Origin: Blastocatellia bacterium
Lineage (GTDB): Bacteria > Acidobacteriota > Blastocatellia > HR10
Direction: 5' to 3'
Assembly: GCA_025055075.1 (NCBI GenBank)
Contig: JANWYV010000035.1
Span: forward strand, 11,163 to 75,162
Length of the DNA stretch: 64,000 nucleotides
Below are positions 12,044-21,222 of the stretch, piece by piece. The first letter of the stretch is position 1. Each line of letters opens with the position of its first letter. The notes under the pieces are model-generated. The model was given only the letters and a program-made list of their open reading frames with translations, ran no database searches and had not been told where the DNA came from. The translations under genes were made by a program, and so were the position numbers.

Positions 12044-12328
12044 ATGATCGTGGCGGGATTGAGCGGTCTGGAAAAGTTCGCGCACCTGGAAGATAAGATC
12101 TATCGCGCGATCGAGCAATTCAAAGCCCTGCGGCAAGAGAAGGAGGCTCTGGAGAAGGAAGTGGCGACTCTGCGCCGAGAGATGAGCGCGCTGCTGGCGG
12201 AGAAGGATCGGCTGGAAGCTCAAGTGGAACGCCTGTTGACCGAACGCGATGCCATCAAGCTCAAGATCGAAGCGATGCTGGAAGCTCTCTCGGTCTTAGA
12301 GCAGGAGATGGTGGATTCCCTGCGATGA
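12044..12328 (+). CDS. ZapB-like coiled-coil cell-division protein (start MIVAGLSGLEKFAHLEDKIYRAIEQ)
   Basis: about 95 aa all-coiled-coil protein resembling E. coli ZapB (FEKLEAKVQQAIDTI vs LEKFAHLEDKIYRAIEQ); GGAGGG RBS; 4-nt overlap with zapA. Confidence 0.5.
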   Translation: MIVAGLSGLEKFAHLEDKIYRAIEQFKALRQEKEALEKEVATLRREMSALLAEKDRLEAQVERLLTERDAIKLKIEAMLEALSVLEQEMVDSLR

Positions 12329-12702
12329 GGAGCGAACCGGAGCCTATGGAGACGACACGCACACAGACGGTGAAGGTCGAGATCTACAATCAGACCTACA
12401 ATCTGCGTGCCGACGGCAACGCCGAATACATCCAGCAATTGGCGGCGTATGTGGATCGGCACATGCGGGAGATCGCTTCGAAGACCCTCACGGTAGATTC
12501 CCTGAAGGTCGCGATCCTGGCCGCGTTGCTGATCGCCGACGAGCTGCATCAGATGAAGCAGCGCTATGAGCAGTTAGACGCGCAATTGGCACAGCGCAGC
12601 GCGGAAGCGGGTGAGTTGCTCGACCAGGTGCTCAGGAGCTATCGCTCCAGCGACCGCCGGACGGGCGACATCTCGGACGCCGCCGAACTCCGGAATCCTT
12701 GA
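12325..12702 (+). CDS. zapA: cell division protein ZapA
   Basis: VKVEIYNQTYNLRADGNAEYIQQLAAYVD motif typical of ZapA; position downstream of pheT as in Firmicutes. Confidence 0.7.
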   Translation: MRSEPEPMETTRTQTVKVEIYNQTYNLRADGNAEYIQQLAAYVDRHMREIASKTLTVDSLKVAILAALLIADELHQMKQRYEQLDAQLAQRSAEAGELLDQVLRSYRSSDRRTGDISDAAELRNP

Positions 12703-12823
12703 GCGTCCTCAAGCTCTGTGGCGATCCGTACGGCGGAGCTCGTTGGCCGATAAAGATGATCGTCTCCGCCGCTTCAGGTGTCCTCTTCACAAGGCCCCAC
12801 GCGCGCTCTCCTCAAGGCACAGG

Positions 12824-12968
12824 CTTCGAGTATAATCATGTGTTGTCATGCAGAGAGAGATTGCGATCGGAGGGTGGGCGCTCTCGTGAAGGGCATACAA
12901 GGCCACGACATTGAGAACCTCTTCGGGGTTTCTTCGAGCACGAGATGGCATGGGGAGTTCGCCCACCC
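12824..12968 (+). promoter_or_regulatory. pdxST promoter (-10 TATAAT at 12830-12835) plus structured 5' leader with 9-bp closing helix GGGUGGGCG/CGCCCACCC
   Basis: exact TATAAT hexamer; long-range pairing 12872-12880 with 12960-12968 enclosing nested helices (CUCGUG/CACGAG and others); GGAGG RBS at 12984. Confidence 0.3.
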
Positions 12969-12995
12969 GAATGCTCACTCTAGGAGGACGTCGGT

Positions 12996-13880
12996 ATGAT
13001 CATGAACGATCTCTTCCGGGTGAAAGTCGGACTGGCCGAAATGCTCAAGGGGGGTGTCATCATGGATGTGACCAACGCCGAACAGGCGCGCATCGCGGAA
13101 GAAGCGGGGGCCGTCGCCGTGATGGCGCTCGAACGCGTGCCCGCAGACATTCGCGCCGAAGGGGGCGTAGCGCGCATGGCTTCGATCAAGCGGATCCGCG
13201 AGATCATGGAAGCCGTCTCCATCCCCGTGATGGCGAAAGTGCGCATCGGCCATTTCGTCGAAGCCCAGATCCTACAGGAACTGGGCGTGGACTTCATCGA
13301 CGAGAGCGAAGTGCTGACGCCCGCCGATGAAGAGCATCACATTGACAAGCATCAATTCAAAGTCCCCTTCGTCTGCGGAGCGCGCGATTTGGGCGAAGCC
13401 TTGCGTCGCATCGGCGAAGGCGCGGCCATGATCCGGACGAAGGGGGAGGCCGGCTCGGGGAACATCGTCGAGGCCGTTCGCCATCTGCGGAGCGTGATGG
13501 ACGCGATCCGTCGCTTGACGGTCTTGCCCAAGGAAGAGTTGATGGCCGAGAGCAAACGCTTGGGCGCGCCCTATGAGTTGGTCTGTTGGGTCGCTGAGCA
13601 TGGTCGCCTGCCGGTGCCCAACTTCGCGGCCGGGGGAATCGCCACGCCGGCCGACGCCGCGCTCTGCATGCAACTGGGCGCGGAAGCTGTCTTCGTCGGC
13701 TCCGGAATCTTCAAATCGGAGGATCCAGCGCGACGGGCGCGCGCCATCGTCAAGGCGGTGACGTACTACAACGACCCCCAGAAGCTCCTGGAAGCGAGCG
13801 AAGAGCTGGGCGAGCCGATGCGCGGCCTGGATGTATCTCGCTTGGCCAAGGAAGAGCTTCTGCAAACGCGCGGATGGTGA
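12996..13880 (+). CDS. pdxS: pyridoxal 5'-phosphate synthase lyase subunit PdxS
   Basis: [35 protein letters not shown], near-identical to the PdxS consensus. Confidence 0.95.
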   Translation: MIMNDLFRVKVGLAEMLKGGVIMDVTNAEQARIAEEAGAVAVMALERVPADIRAEGGVARMASIKRIREIMEAVSIPVMAKVRIGHFVEAQILQELGVDFIDESEVLTPADEEHHIDKHQFKVPFVCGARDLGEALRRIGEGAAMIRTKGEAGSGNIVEAVRHLRSVMDAIRRLTVLPKEELMAESKRLGAPYELVCWVAEHGRLPVPNFAAGGIATPADAALCMQLGAEAVFVGSGIFKSEDPARRARAIVKAVTYYNDPQKLLEASEELGEPMRGLDVSRLAKEELLQTRGW

Positions 13881-14470
13881 GAGCGACGATGAAGATCGGT
13901 GTCCTAGCCGTTCAAGGTGACTTCGCCGCTCATGAACGTGTCTTGGAACGGCTCGGCGCGCCTTGGTGTGAGGTCCGACATCCTGAGCAACTGCGCGAGA
14001 TCTCGGGCCTGATCCTCCCAGGGGGCGAGAGCACGACGATGTTGAAGTTCCTGCTGGAGGAAGGATTTTGGGAACCGCTTCAGGAGCTGGCTCGTCGTGG
14101 CGGCGCGTTCTTCGGCACATGCGCGGGCGCGATCCTGCTGGCGCGGGAGGTCACCAATCCGCGCCAGCCTTCACTCGGCTTCCTCGACATCTCTGTGCAG
14201 CGGAATGCCTATGGCCGCCAAATCAACAGCTTCGTGGATCGCGCGCTCAGCCCCGCCTTCGGCCCCCCTCCCCTGGAGATGGTCTATATTCGGGCACCGA
14301 TCATCACCCGCGTCGGACCAAATGTCGAGGTGCTCGCCGAACACGGCGGCCATCCTGTGCTCGTCCAGCAGGGACGTTGTCTGGCCGCTACTTTTCATCC
14401 CGAATTGACCGACGACCTGCGCATTCACCGACGATTCTTACAATTGGTCGAAGCCGCGTCCGCGCGATAA
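13874..14470 (+). CDS. pdxT: pyridoxal 5'-phosphate synthase glutaminase subunit PdxT
   Basis: class I glutamine amidotransferase with catalytic Cys ([11 protein letters not shown]) and [14 protein letters not shown]-terminus; overlaps pdxS stop. Confidence 0.9.
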   Translation: MVRATMKIGVLAVQGDFAAHERVLERLGAPWCEVRHPEQLREISGLILPGGESTTMLKFLLEEGFWEPLQELARRGGAFFGTCAGAILLAREVTNPRQPSLGFLDISVQRNAYGRQINSFVDRALSPAFGPPPLEMVYIRAPIITRVGPNVEVLAEHGGHPVLVQQGRCLAATFHPELTDDLRIHRRFLQLVEAASAR

Positions 14471-14477
14471 GGGCGAC

Positions 14478-14503
14478 GCCTCCTCCCGATGGAGGTCTTT
14501 CCC
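14478..14503 (+). terminator. weak intrinsic terminator after pdxT
   Basis: GCCUCC-UCCCGAU-GGAGGU hairpin followed by UUUCCC. Confidence 0.3.
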
Positions 14504-14519
14504 TTCACCTTGACAGGCC

Positions 14520-14548
14520 AAGAGGTGATCGCGATAATACGGCTCTTC
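14520..14548 (+). promoter_or_regulatory. near-consensus sigma70 promoter (TTGACA-17-GATAAT) driving a roughly 270-nt leader before the MFS transporter
   Basis: TTGACA 14520-14525, 17-nt spacer, GATAAT 14543-14548. Confidence 0.45.
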
Positions 14549-14823
14549 GTATGCGCAGGAGCCGGTCAATAAATCCGCGACAGCAGTGCGTATGGCTGTC
14601 CGACGGCCTCTCTAATCGCCTCAAGACCGAAATCACCACGATCGCTTTGAAACTCGGACACTCTTTCTCGGAGATCGCGTTGGCTCGGCGATTCTGCGTC
14701 GGTCGTCCGCCGATCTACGGCGTCTCCCCTAGCCACATTCGGAGCGCGAACGGAAACTGTCCCTGATATGAACGGCGATCCCGCCCCTTGGTCGCGGGGG
14801 AAGCACGCGATGAAGGGCAGACG

Positions 14824-16146
14824 ATGAGGATCAACGACGAGCATCGAGAGGAAACCGCCCGAATCGTTCAATCTGCTCATGCGCTTCGGAGAGACTTCGG
14901 ACCCGCTGCCGGAATCTTCGCCTGGCTCCGACAGGCTTCGCCCGAGCAGCGTCGAGCGCTTGTGGCCGCCTGCCTCGGATGGATGCTCGACAGCATGGAC
15001 GTCATGCTCTATGCGATGGTCTTGGCACACCTCATGCGCGACCTGCAGATGACCCCTTCGCAGGCGGGCCTGCTGGGATCGCTCACCCTCCTCTCCTCGG
15101 CCGTTGGAGGAATTCTCTTCGGTCTTCTTGCGGACCGCGTCGGCCGGACGAAGGCGATGATGGCCAGCATCCTGATCTACTCCTTCTTCACGGCGGCCTG
15201 TGGCCTGGCGCAGAACATCGCGCAATTGGCCGTCTTCCGCATCTTGCTCGGATTGGGCATGGGCGGAGAATGGGCAACGGGAGCCGCACTTGTTTCCGAG
15301 ACCTGGCCGCCCGAACACCGCGGAAAGGCGTTAGGAATTGTCCAAAGCTCTTGGGCTATTGGTTACGCACTCGCTGCTGCAATCACGGCCCTCATTCTTC
15401 CTCGATACGGATGGCGCGCCGTCTTCTTCTTCGGCATCCTGCCGGCATTGCTGACTTTTTGGATTCGACGCTCCGTCGAAGAACCAGCATTGTGGAAGAG
15501 CGCGCAGCGAGAACAGGCGCTTGCGAAGGCGTCGGCTCCTCGCATCGTCGAACTCTTTCGCAAAAGGTTCCTGCGACATACCCTCACAACGACGCTCATG
15601 AACACCAGTTCGATGTTCGCCTGGTGGGGGCTGTTCACATGGATTCCAGCATATCTGGCGCTTCCCCCGGATAAAGGGGGAGCGGGCCTGAGCATCGTGC
15701 AGACTTCCACCTGGGTGATTCTCATGCAGGTCGGCATGTGGCTTGGTTATGTGACCTTCGGCTTCATCAGCGATTGGGTGGGACGGCGCCCCACGTACCT
15801 CATTTACTTTCTCACAGCAGCAGCGCTAGTCCCCATCTACGGAGGAACGCGGCATCCGCTGTCGCTGCTTTTGCTGGGTCCGGCCGTCGCGTTCTTCGGG
15901 ACGGGATACTTCAGCGGATTCGGCGCGATCACGGCTGAACTGTTCCCGACGCGGATTCGAGCTACGGCGCAAGGTTTCACGTATAACTTCGGGCGCGGAG
16001 TGAGCGCGCTCGCGCCCTTCGCCGTCGGACACTACGCTCAAGCGTATGGTCTGGGCGTCGCATTCTCGCTCACGACCATCGCGTTTCTGATCGCCGCCGC
16101 CTTCGCCTTGGTCCTTCCGGAAACGAAAGCTCGAACGCTCGAGTGA
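14824..16146 (+). CDS. MFS transporter (start MRINDEHREE)
   Basis: 12-TM major facilitator sequence; MFS signature GLLADRVGRTK. Confidence 0.8.
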   Translation: MRINDEHREETARIVQSAHALRRDFGPAAGIFAWLRQASPEQRRALVAACLGWMLDSMDVMLYAMVLAHLMRDLQMTPSQAGLLGSLTLLSSAVGGILFGLLADRVGRTKAMMASILIYSFFTAACGLAQNIAQLAVFRILLGLGMGGEWATGAALVSETWPPEHRGKALGIVQSSWAIGYALAAAITALILPRYGWRAVFFFGILPALLTFWIRRSVEEPALWKSAQREQALAKASAPRIVELFRKRFLRHTLTTTLMNTSSMFAWWGLFTWIPAYLALPPDKGGAGLSIVQTSTWVILMQVGMWLGYVTFGFISDWVGRRPTYLIYFLTAAALVPIYGGTRHPLSLLLLGPAVAFFGTGYFSGFGAITAELFPTRIRATAQGFTYNFGRGVSALAPFAVGHYAQAYGLGVAFSLTTIAFLIAAAFALVLPETKARTLE

Positions 16147-16553
16147 ACGGAGGGAACGATCCGATCGGCGAAGAGGATGCGTCGAACCCGAGTTCGGCAT
16201 CGCGAATCCGGATGGGGCAGCCTCGGCCTGCAAGTTGCGAAAGATGATCTCGCGCATTATGCTTCATGCCGAATATTGGAGAGCGTCGGGCGTGGACGTG
16301 ACCCATCGGGCAATGGGAACGCGATCCGATGGATCCGGAGGGAAGAGCGAGGCGTGAGGTTTGGTGCCTATGATGGCCAGACGTTCATCGGCGTGGCGAG
16401 CCTTTCTGCGAATACCTCCACCTTGAGCGGAGGCGCGCGAGGCGGAACGCGTCGCTCGATGAGCAGCGTGAACCTTGTAAAACGCGAGGAGGGGCGGAGG
16501 CGCGGGCGTCCCCTCGCGATCTTCTCCTGGGAGAATTGAAGCTGGAGGCGCGG

Positions 16554-18569
16554 ATGTTGCGAATCGGCGTAGATACCGGAGGGACGTTCACGGATTTCAT
16601 CCTCGTGCGCGATGGTGCGCTCGTGACCCTGAAAGTGCCTTCGACGCCGAAGCAGCCCGAACAGGCCGTGCTCCTGGGGGTACAAGAGCTGCTGGGCGAA
16701 GCGGACACGGCGGTCGAGTTGGTGCACGGGACGACCGTGGGGACCAACGCGCTGCTCGAACGCAAGGGAGCCCGCACGGCCTTGCTCACGACTGAAGGGT
16801 TCGAGGATGTCTTGGAGATCGGCCGGCAGAATCGGCCTGGACTCTATCAGCTCACGGCGTCGCGTCCGAAGCCGCTCGTCCCGCGATCGCTTCGCTTCGG
16901 GGTGCGCGAGCGGGTGACCTCATCGGGAGAAGTACTCATTCCACTTGATCGAGAGCGCGTGCGCGAACTGCGCGCACGGCTGGCGGAGGAGGGCGTGGAG
17001 TCCATCGCTGTGTGCTACCTCTTCGCCTTTCTGGAACCGAAGCACGAGCGGGAGACGGCCGAGTTATTGACCGAGCTTGGCGTGCCCATCTCGCTCTCGC
17101 ACGAGATCCTGCCGGAATTTCGCGAATACGAGCGGACTTCGACGACCGTCATCAACGCCTATTTGGCGCCACTCATGAGCCGTTACATTTCGCGTTTGGA
17201 AGAAGGAGTGGCCGAGCTGGGCAAAGCGCGCTCCACTCGCCGCTTCGCGCTTCGCATCATGCAATCGAATGGCGGCTCGATCTCAGCGCGCGCGGCGGCA
17301 CAGCAACCGGTGCGCACTGTGCTCTCCGGTCCCGCTGGAGGCGTGGTGGGCGCTTTCGCCGTCGCGCAATTGGCTGGGTTCTCGCGGATCATCACCTTCG
17401 ACATGGGGGGAACTTCGACCGACGTCAGTCTCGTGGAGGGCGCGATTCAGACGACGCATGAGGCCCGCATCGCCGAATTGCCCATCGGCATTCCGGTGAT
17501 TGACATCCACACGGTCGGCGCGGGAGGCGGATCCATCGCCCGCGTGGATGAAGGCGGAGCGTTGCGCGTCGGCCCAGAGAGCGCAGGAGCAGATCCAGGC
17601 CCGGTTTGCTACGGGCGAGGCGAAGAGCTCACCGTCACCGATGCGCATCTGCTATTGGGGCGATTGGATCCCGATCGGTTTCTCGGCGGCGCGATGCCTC
17701 TACATCTCGCGCGCACGGTTGAATACTTCCAAGCTTTTCGCCAGCGGTTCCCGCGTCCGGCTTCGGAGATCGAGATCGCCCTGGGGATCCTCGATGTCGC
17801 CAACGCCAACATGGCGCGCGCCATCAAAGTCATCTCCATTGAGCGCGGCTACGATCCGCGCGATTTCGTCCTCGTCGCTTTCGGCGGTGCTGGTGGATTG
17901 CATGCGTGCGATCTCGCCGAGATGCTCTCGATCCCGCGCGTCTTAGTGCCGCCGCATCCCGGATTGCTCTCGGCGCTCGGCGTCTTGCTCTCGGATGTGT
18001 TGAAGGATTACTCGCAAACGGTCATGCTCTCGCAAGGGGAGATCGAGCCAGAGCGATTGGAGGCGATGTTCGCACGTTTGGAAGAGCGCGCCCGCGCCGA
18101 TCTTCAGGCCGAAGGATTCCCGCCCGATCGCATCCTCCTCTCGCGCTTCGTGGACGTGCGATACGCCGGACAAGCGTTCGAGCTTTCCTTGCCATTCACG
18201 CGCGAATTCATTGCGGACTTCCATCGCGCGCACGAGCGCCGCTACGGCTACGCCGACCCGATGCGGCGCATCGAACTGGTCACCGTGCGCGTGAGGGGTT
18301 GTGGGATTACGGAGAAACCGGCCTGTCGTCCGAAAGCTCGCGACCCGAGGCCGATCGAACCCGTGGCGCGTCGCTCCGTCCATTTCCGCGAAGGAAATGC
18401 CCTGATCGCGCGAGAGACGCCGTTTTACTGGCGCGAGGCACTCACTCCAGGCGCGACGATCTTCGGACCGGCCATCATCCTGGAGTACAGCGCGACGACG
18501 GTCATCCCCCTGGGATGGCGCGCCGATGTGGACGAGTACGAGAACCTGATCCTCTCGCGGGAGGGCTGA
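16554..18569 (+). CDS. hydantoinase/oxoprolinase family subunit A (HyuA-like)
   Basis: MLRIGVDTGGTFTDFIL N-terminus and hydantoinase_A domain sequence; GGAGG RBS before ATG 16554. Confidence 0.85.
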   Translation: MLRIGVDTGGTFTDFILVRDGALVTLKVPSTPKQPEQAVLLGVQELLGEADTAVELVHGTTVGTNALLERKGARTALLTTEGFEDVLEIGRQNRPGLYQLTASRPKPLVPRSLRFGVRERVTSSGEVLIPLDRERVRELRARLAEEGVESIAVCYLFAFLEPKHERETAELLTELGVPISLSHEILPEFREYERTSTTVINAYLAPLMSRYISRLEEGVAELGKARSTRRFALRIMQSNGGSISARAAAQQPVRTVLSGPAGGVVGAFAVAQLAGFSRIITFDMGGTSTDVSLVEGAIQTTHEARIAELPIGIPVIDIHTVGAGGGSIARVDEGGALRVGPESAGADPGPVCYGRGEELTVTDAHLLLGRLDPDRFLGGAMPLHLARTVEYFQAFRQRFPRPASEIEIALGILDVANANMARAIKVISIERGYDPRDFVLVAFGGAGGLHACDLAEMLSIPRVLVPPHPGLLSALGVLLSDVLKDYSQTVMLSQGEIEPERLEAMFARLEERARADLQAEGFPPDRILLSRFVDVRYAGQAFELSLPFTREFIADFHRAHERRYGYADPMRRIELVTVRVRGCGITEKPACRPKARDPRPIEPVARRSVHFREGNALIARETPFYWREALTPGATIFGPAIILEYSATTVIPLGWRADVDEYENLILSREG

Positions 18570-18571
18570 GG

Positions 18572-20158
18572 ATGGCTTTCGATCCGATCAAGCTGGAGAT
18601 CTTCAAATCGCTCTTCATCTCGATCGCCGAGGAGATGGGGATCACGCTGCGGCGCACGGCCTTCTCGCCCAACATCAAAGAGCGGCGCGACTACTCGTGC
18701 GCCATCTTCGATGGCAAGGGACGTCTGGTCGCTCAAGGCGATCACATGCCGGTCCATCTCGGCTCCATGCCGATGTCGGTGCGCAAGGCCATCGAGGCCG
18801 TCACGCTTGAACCCGGAGATGTGGTGGCGCTCAACGACCCCTATGAAGGAGGGACGCATCTGCCTGACGTGACGCTGGTGTCGGCCGTCTATGTCGGCGA
18901 GCGACCGTTCTTTTACGTCGCGAATCGCGCGCATCACGCGGACATCGGCGGCATGTCCGCCGGCTCGATGCCGCTCTCGACCGAGATCTTTCAGGAAGGC
19001 CTGCGCATCCCACCGATCAAACTCTACGAGAGAGGGCAGCTCAACACATCGGTCATGCGCTTGATCCTCGCCAATGTGCGGACGCCAGTCGAACGCGAGG
19101 GCGATCTCACGGCGCAATTGGCCGCCAATCGCACGGGCGAGCGACGATTGCGCGAGATGATAGCGAAATACGGCGAGGAGGAAGTCGCCTTTTACATGCG
19201 CGAGTTATACGCCTACGCCGAACGCATGGTGCGCGCGCGTTTGGCGATGATCCCCGACGGCGACTACGTGGCTGAGGAATATTTGGATGACGATGGGATC
19301 ACCGACGCGCCCGTACCGATTCGCGTCAGGATCTCTATTCGGGGAGACTCGGCCCTCGTGGATTTCACCGGCTCGGCTCCGCAAACGCGCGGGAACGTGA
19401 ACGCCGTCTATGCCATCACGCTCTCGGCGGTGTACTACGTCTTCCGCGCGATCACCGGAGGTGACATTCCGGCGAATGCGGGCGTATTGGCTCCCATCAC
19501 GGTCACCGCGCCAGAAGGAACGGTTGTGAATGCGGTCTTCCCTGCTCCGGTCGCCGCCGGTAATGTCGAGACCTCGCAGCGATTGGTGGACGTGTTGTTG
19601 AAAGCGTTAGCGCCGGCCTTGCCCGAGATCATCCCAGCCGCGAGCAGCGGCACCATGAACAACCTCACTCTCGGTGGGATTGACCCACGTACCGGCGCCC
19701 CCTTCGCGTATTACGAGACGATCGCTGGCGGGATGGGCGCGAGTCCGCAAAGCGACGGCGACAGCGGCGTACACACGCACATGACGAACTCGCTGAACAC
19801 GCCCATTGAGGCGCTCGAATACGCTTTGCCCGTGCGCGTCCGCCGTTACAGTCTGCGCCCGGGTTCTGGTGGGCGCGGCCGACATCGCGGCGGGGATGGG
19901 ATCATTCGCGAGATCGAATTCCTCACCGATGCCGAAGTGGCCATCCTCTCCGAGCGAAGGCGTTTCGCTCCTTATGGGCTGCACGGCGGAGAGCCTGGCC
20001 GACCTGGAGAGAACATCCTGGTCTCCGATGGCGTCGAACACCGACTGCCTGGGAAGGTCAATCTCCGCGTGAGAAAGGGCGATGTGATCTCCATCCGAAC
20101 CCCTGGCGGCGGAGGATGGGGACCTCCCGGTGATCTCCCCGCAGAAGAAGCCTCCTGA
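18572..20158 (+). CDS. hydantoinase/oxoprolinase family subunit B (HyuB-like), start [13 protein letters not shown]
   Basis: hydantoinase_B sequence; ATG 3 nt after hyuA stop with GAGG RBS; the long upstream extension of the track ORF is an out-of-domain artefact. Confidence 0.85.
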   Translation: MAFDPIKLEIFKSLFISIAEEMGITLRRTAFSPNIKERRDYSCAIFDGKGRLVAQGDHMPVHLGSMPMSVRKAIEAVTLEPGDVVALNDPYEGGTHLPDVTLVSAVYVGERPFFYVANRAHHADIGGMSAGSMPLSTEIFQEGLRIPPIKLYERGQLNTSVMRLILANVRTPVEREGDLTAQLAANRTGERRLREMIAKYGEEEVAFYMRELYAYAERMVRARLAMIPDGDYVAEEYLDDDGITDAPVPIRVRISIRGDSALVDFTGSAPQTRGNVNAVYAITLSAVYYVFRAITGGDIPANAGVLAPITVTAPEGTVVNAVFPAPVAAGNVETSQRLVDVLLKALAPALPEIIPAASSGTMNNLTLGGIDPRTGAPFAYYETIAGGMGASPQSDGDSGVHTHMTNSLNTPIEALEYALPVRVRRYSLRPGSGGRGRHRGGDGIIREIEFLTDAEVAILSERRRFAPYGLHGGEPGRPGENILVSDGVEHRLPGKVNLRVRKGDVISIRTPGGGGWGPPGDLPAEEAS

Positions 20159-21087
20159 AGCGAAGAGCCCGTTGGGGAGAGCGATTCATTTTGGCTCTCC
20201 AGCCATGCCGTGTACCAGAGGCTGGCGAGCATATGAGCGGCAGCGGCCAATCGCTCGGCAGCGAAGCGTCGAGCCTCCGCGTGCGTCGAGCCCGGAGCGA
20301 ATCCCCCTTCGCGATCCAGCTCATAGAGCCGTTCGACGAGCGCATGCGATTCCCGCAGGTAACGCATCGTCTCTTCCAAGAGCGGACCGAGCCGACGCGG
20401 CGGAGTGAGCAACGGCCTCACGTCGGCCTCGCGAACGGCAGCATTGACGAAATCGTTCTCGAAACGGAGATGGATTCCTCGTTCGGTCGTATATCCGCGC
20501 GGGTTCGGCGCGAAGGCTGTATTCCATCCGTCGTAATGAACCGTCGTATGATGCGGCTGCGCACCGTCGGCCACGAAGTGACCGAGCACGCCGGCGATGA
20601 AGATGATGTTCTGCTCAATCTGACGGCGCTCGACGCGCTGACGCGCTGTGCGCCGCGGAGCTTGCCGCCAGAGGCGAAATTGCCCGCGCAAGAGTTCCGT
20701 CAGCTCGACGATACGATAGGGAAGAAAGCCAATGCTCGCCGGCGTCACACCATCGCGAATGATCCCTCGTTCGACGAGCCTTTGCACGAATTGATCCCGA
20801 TCAGGAGGGAGCGTCCCTCCGGGCACGCGTTCGAGATTGATGAAGTGATCGGGAGCGTTCACGGCATTGAGCGCCGGCTCCTTCGGCGATCGCCATCGGT
20901 CGGGATCGTAGCCGAGATATTCCAGCTCCCACACGGCACGCCGAAAGAAAAGGGGCATGTCGCGAGGGAGCGATTGCGCCGCCAGCCGATTGACCATTCG
21001 ATGGCCCTTCTCCCCCCACCCCAAAGCATACGGTGCGCTCAAGAATACAATTGCCAGAGCGCTGACGATTTGACTTCCACGCATCAT
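19972..21087 (-). CDS. S1/P1-family zinc nuclease with signal peptide; Pro/Ser-rich C-terminal tail overlaps hyuB 3' end antisense
   Basis: signal peptide then WGEKGHR (Trp1/His zinc ligands of P1 nuclease), conserved His/Asp clusters (PDHFINLE, HFVADGAQPHH). Confidence 0.75.
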   Translation of the reverse strand: MMRGSQIVSALAIVFLSAPYALGWGEKGHRMVNRLAAQSLPRDMPLFFRRAVWELEYLGYDPDRWRSPKEPALNAVNAPDHFINLERVPGGTLPPDRDQFVQRLVERGIIRDGVTPASIGFLPYRIVELTELLRGQFRLWRQAPRRTARQRVERRQIEQNIIFIAGVLGHFVADGAQPHHTTVHYDGWNTAFAPNPRGYTTERGIHLRFENDFVNAAVREADVRPLLTPPRRLGPLLEETMRYLRESHALVERLYELDREGGFAPGSTHAEARRFAAERLAAAAHMLASLWYTAWLESQNESLSPTGSSLQEASSAGRSPGGPHPPPPGVRMEITSPFLTRRLTFPGSRCSTPSETRMFSPGRPGSPPCSP

Positions 21088-21222
21088 CGGTTCTCCTCCT
21101 CGCGAGGACGCGCTGCGCGCTTCCCCGCTCGCTTTTGCTCAACGGGATATCGGCTCTCCTCATGAGCGAAAGCGCTTTTCGCGCTCCAGAAGGAAGGCAC
21201 GGTCACCCCCGGATCGAATTCC

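Noticed and set aside
12703-12995. 6S RNA (ssrS) downstream of zapA, as in E. coli zapA-ssrS
   Set aside because: No approximately 180-nt long imperfect hairpin with a central bubble; the structure present is a compact 5' leader adjacent to the pdxS RBS.
16177-16539. 120-aa ORF in the MFS-hyuA spacer
   Set aside because: Gly/Arg-rich, no RBS, no family resemblance; the intergenic region more likely holds the hyuA promoter.
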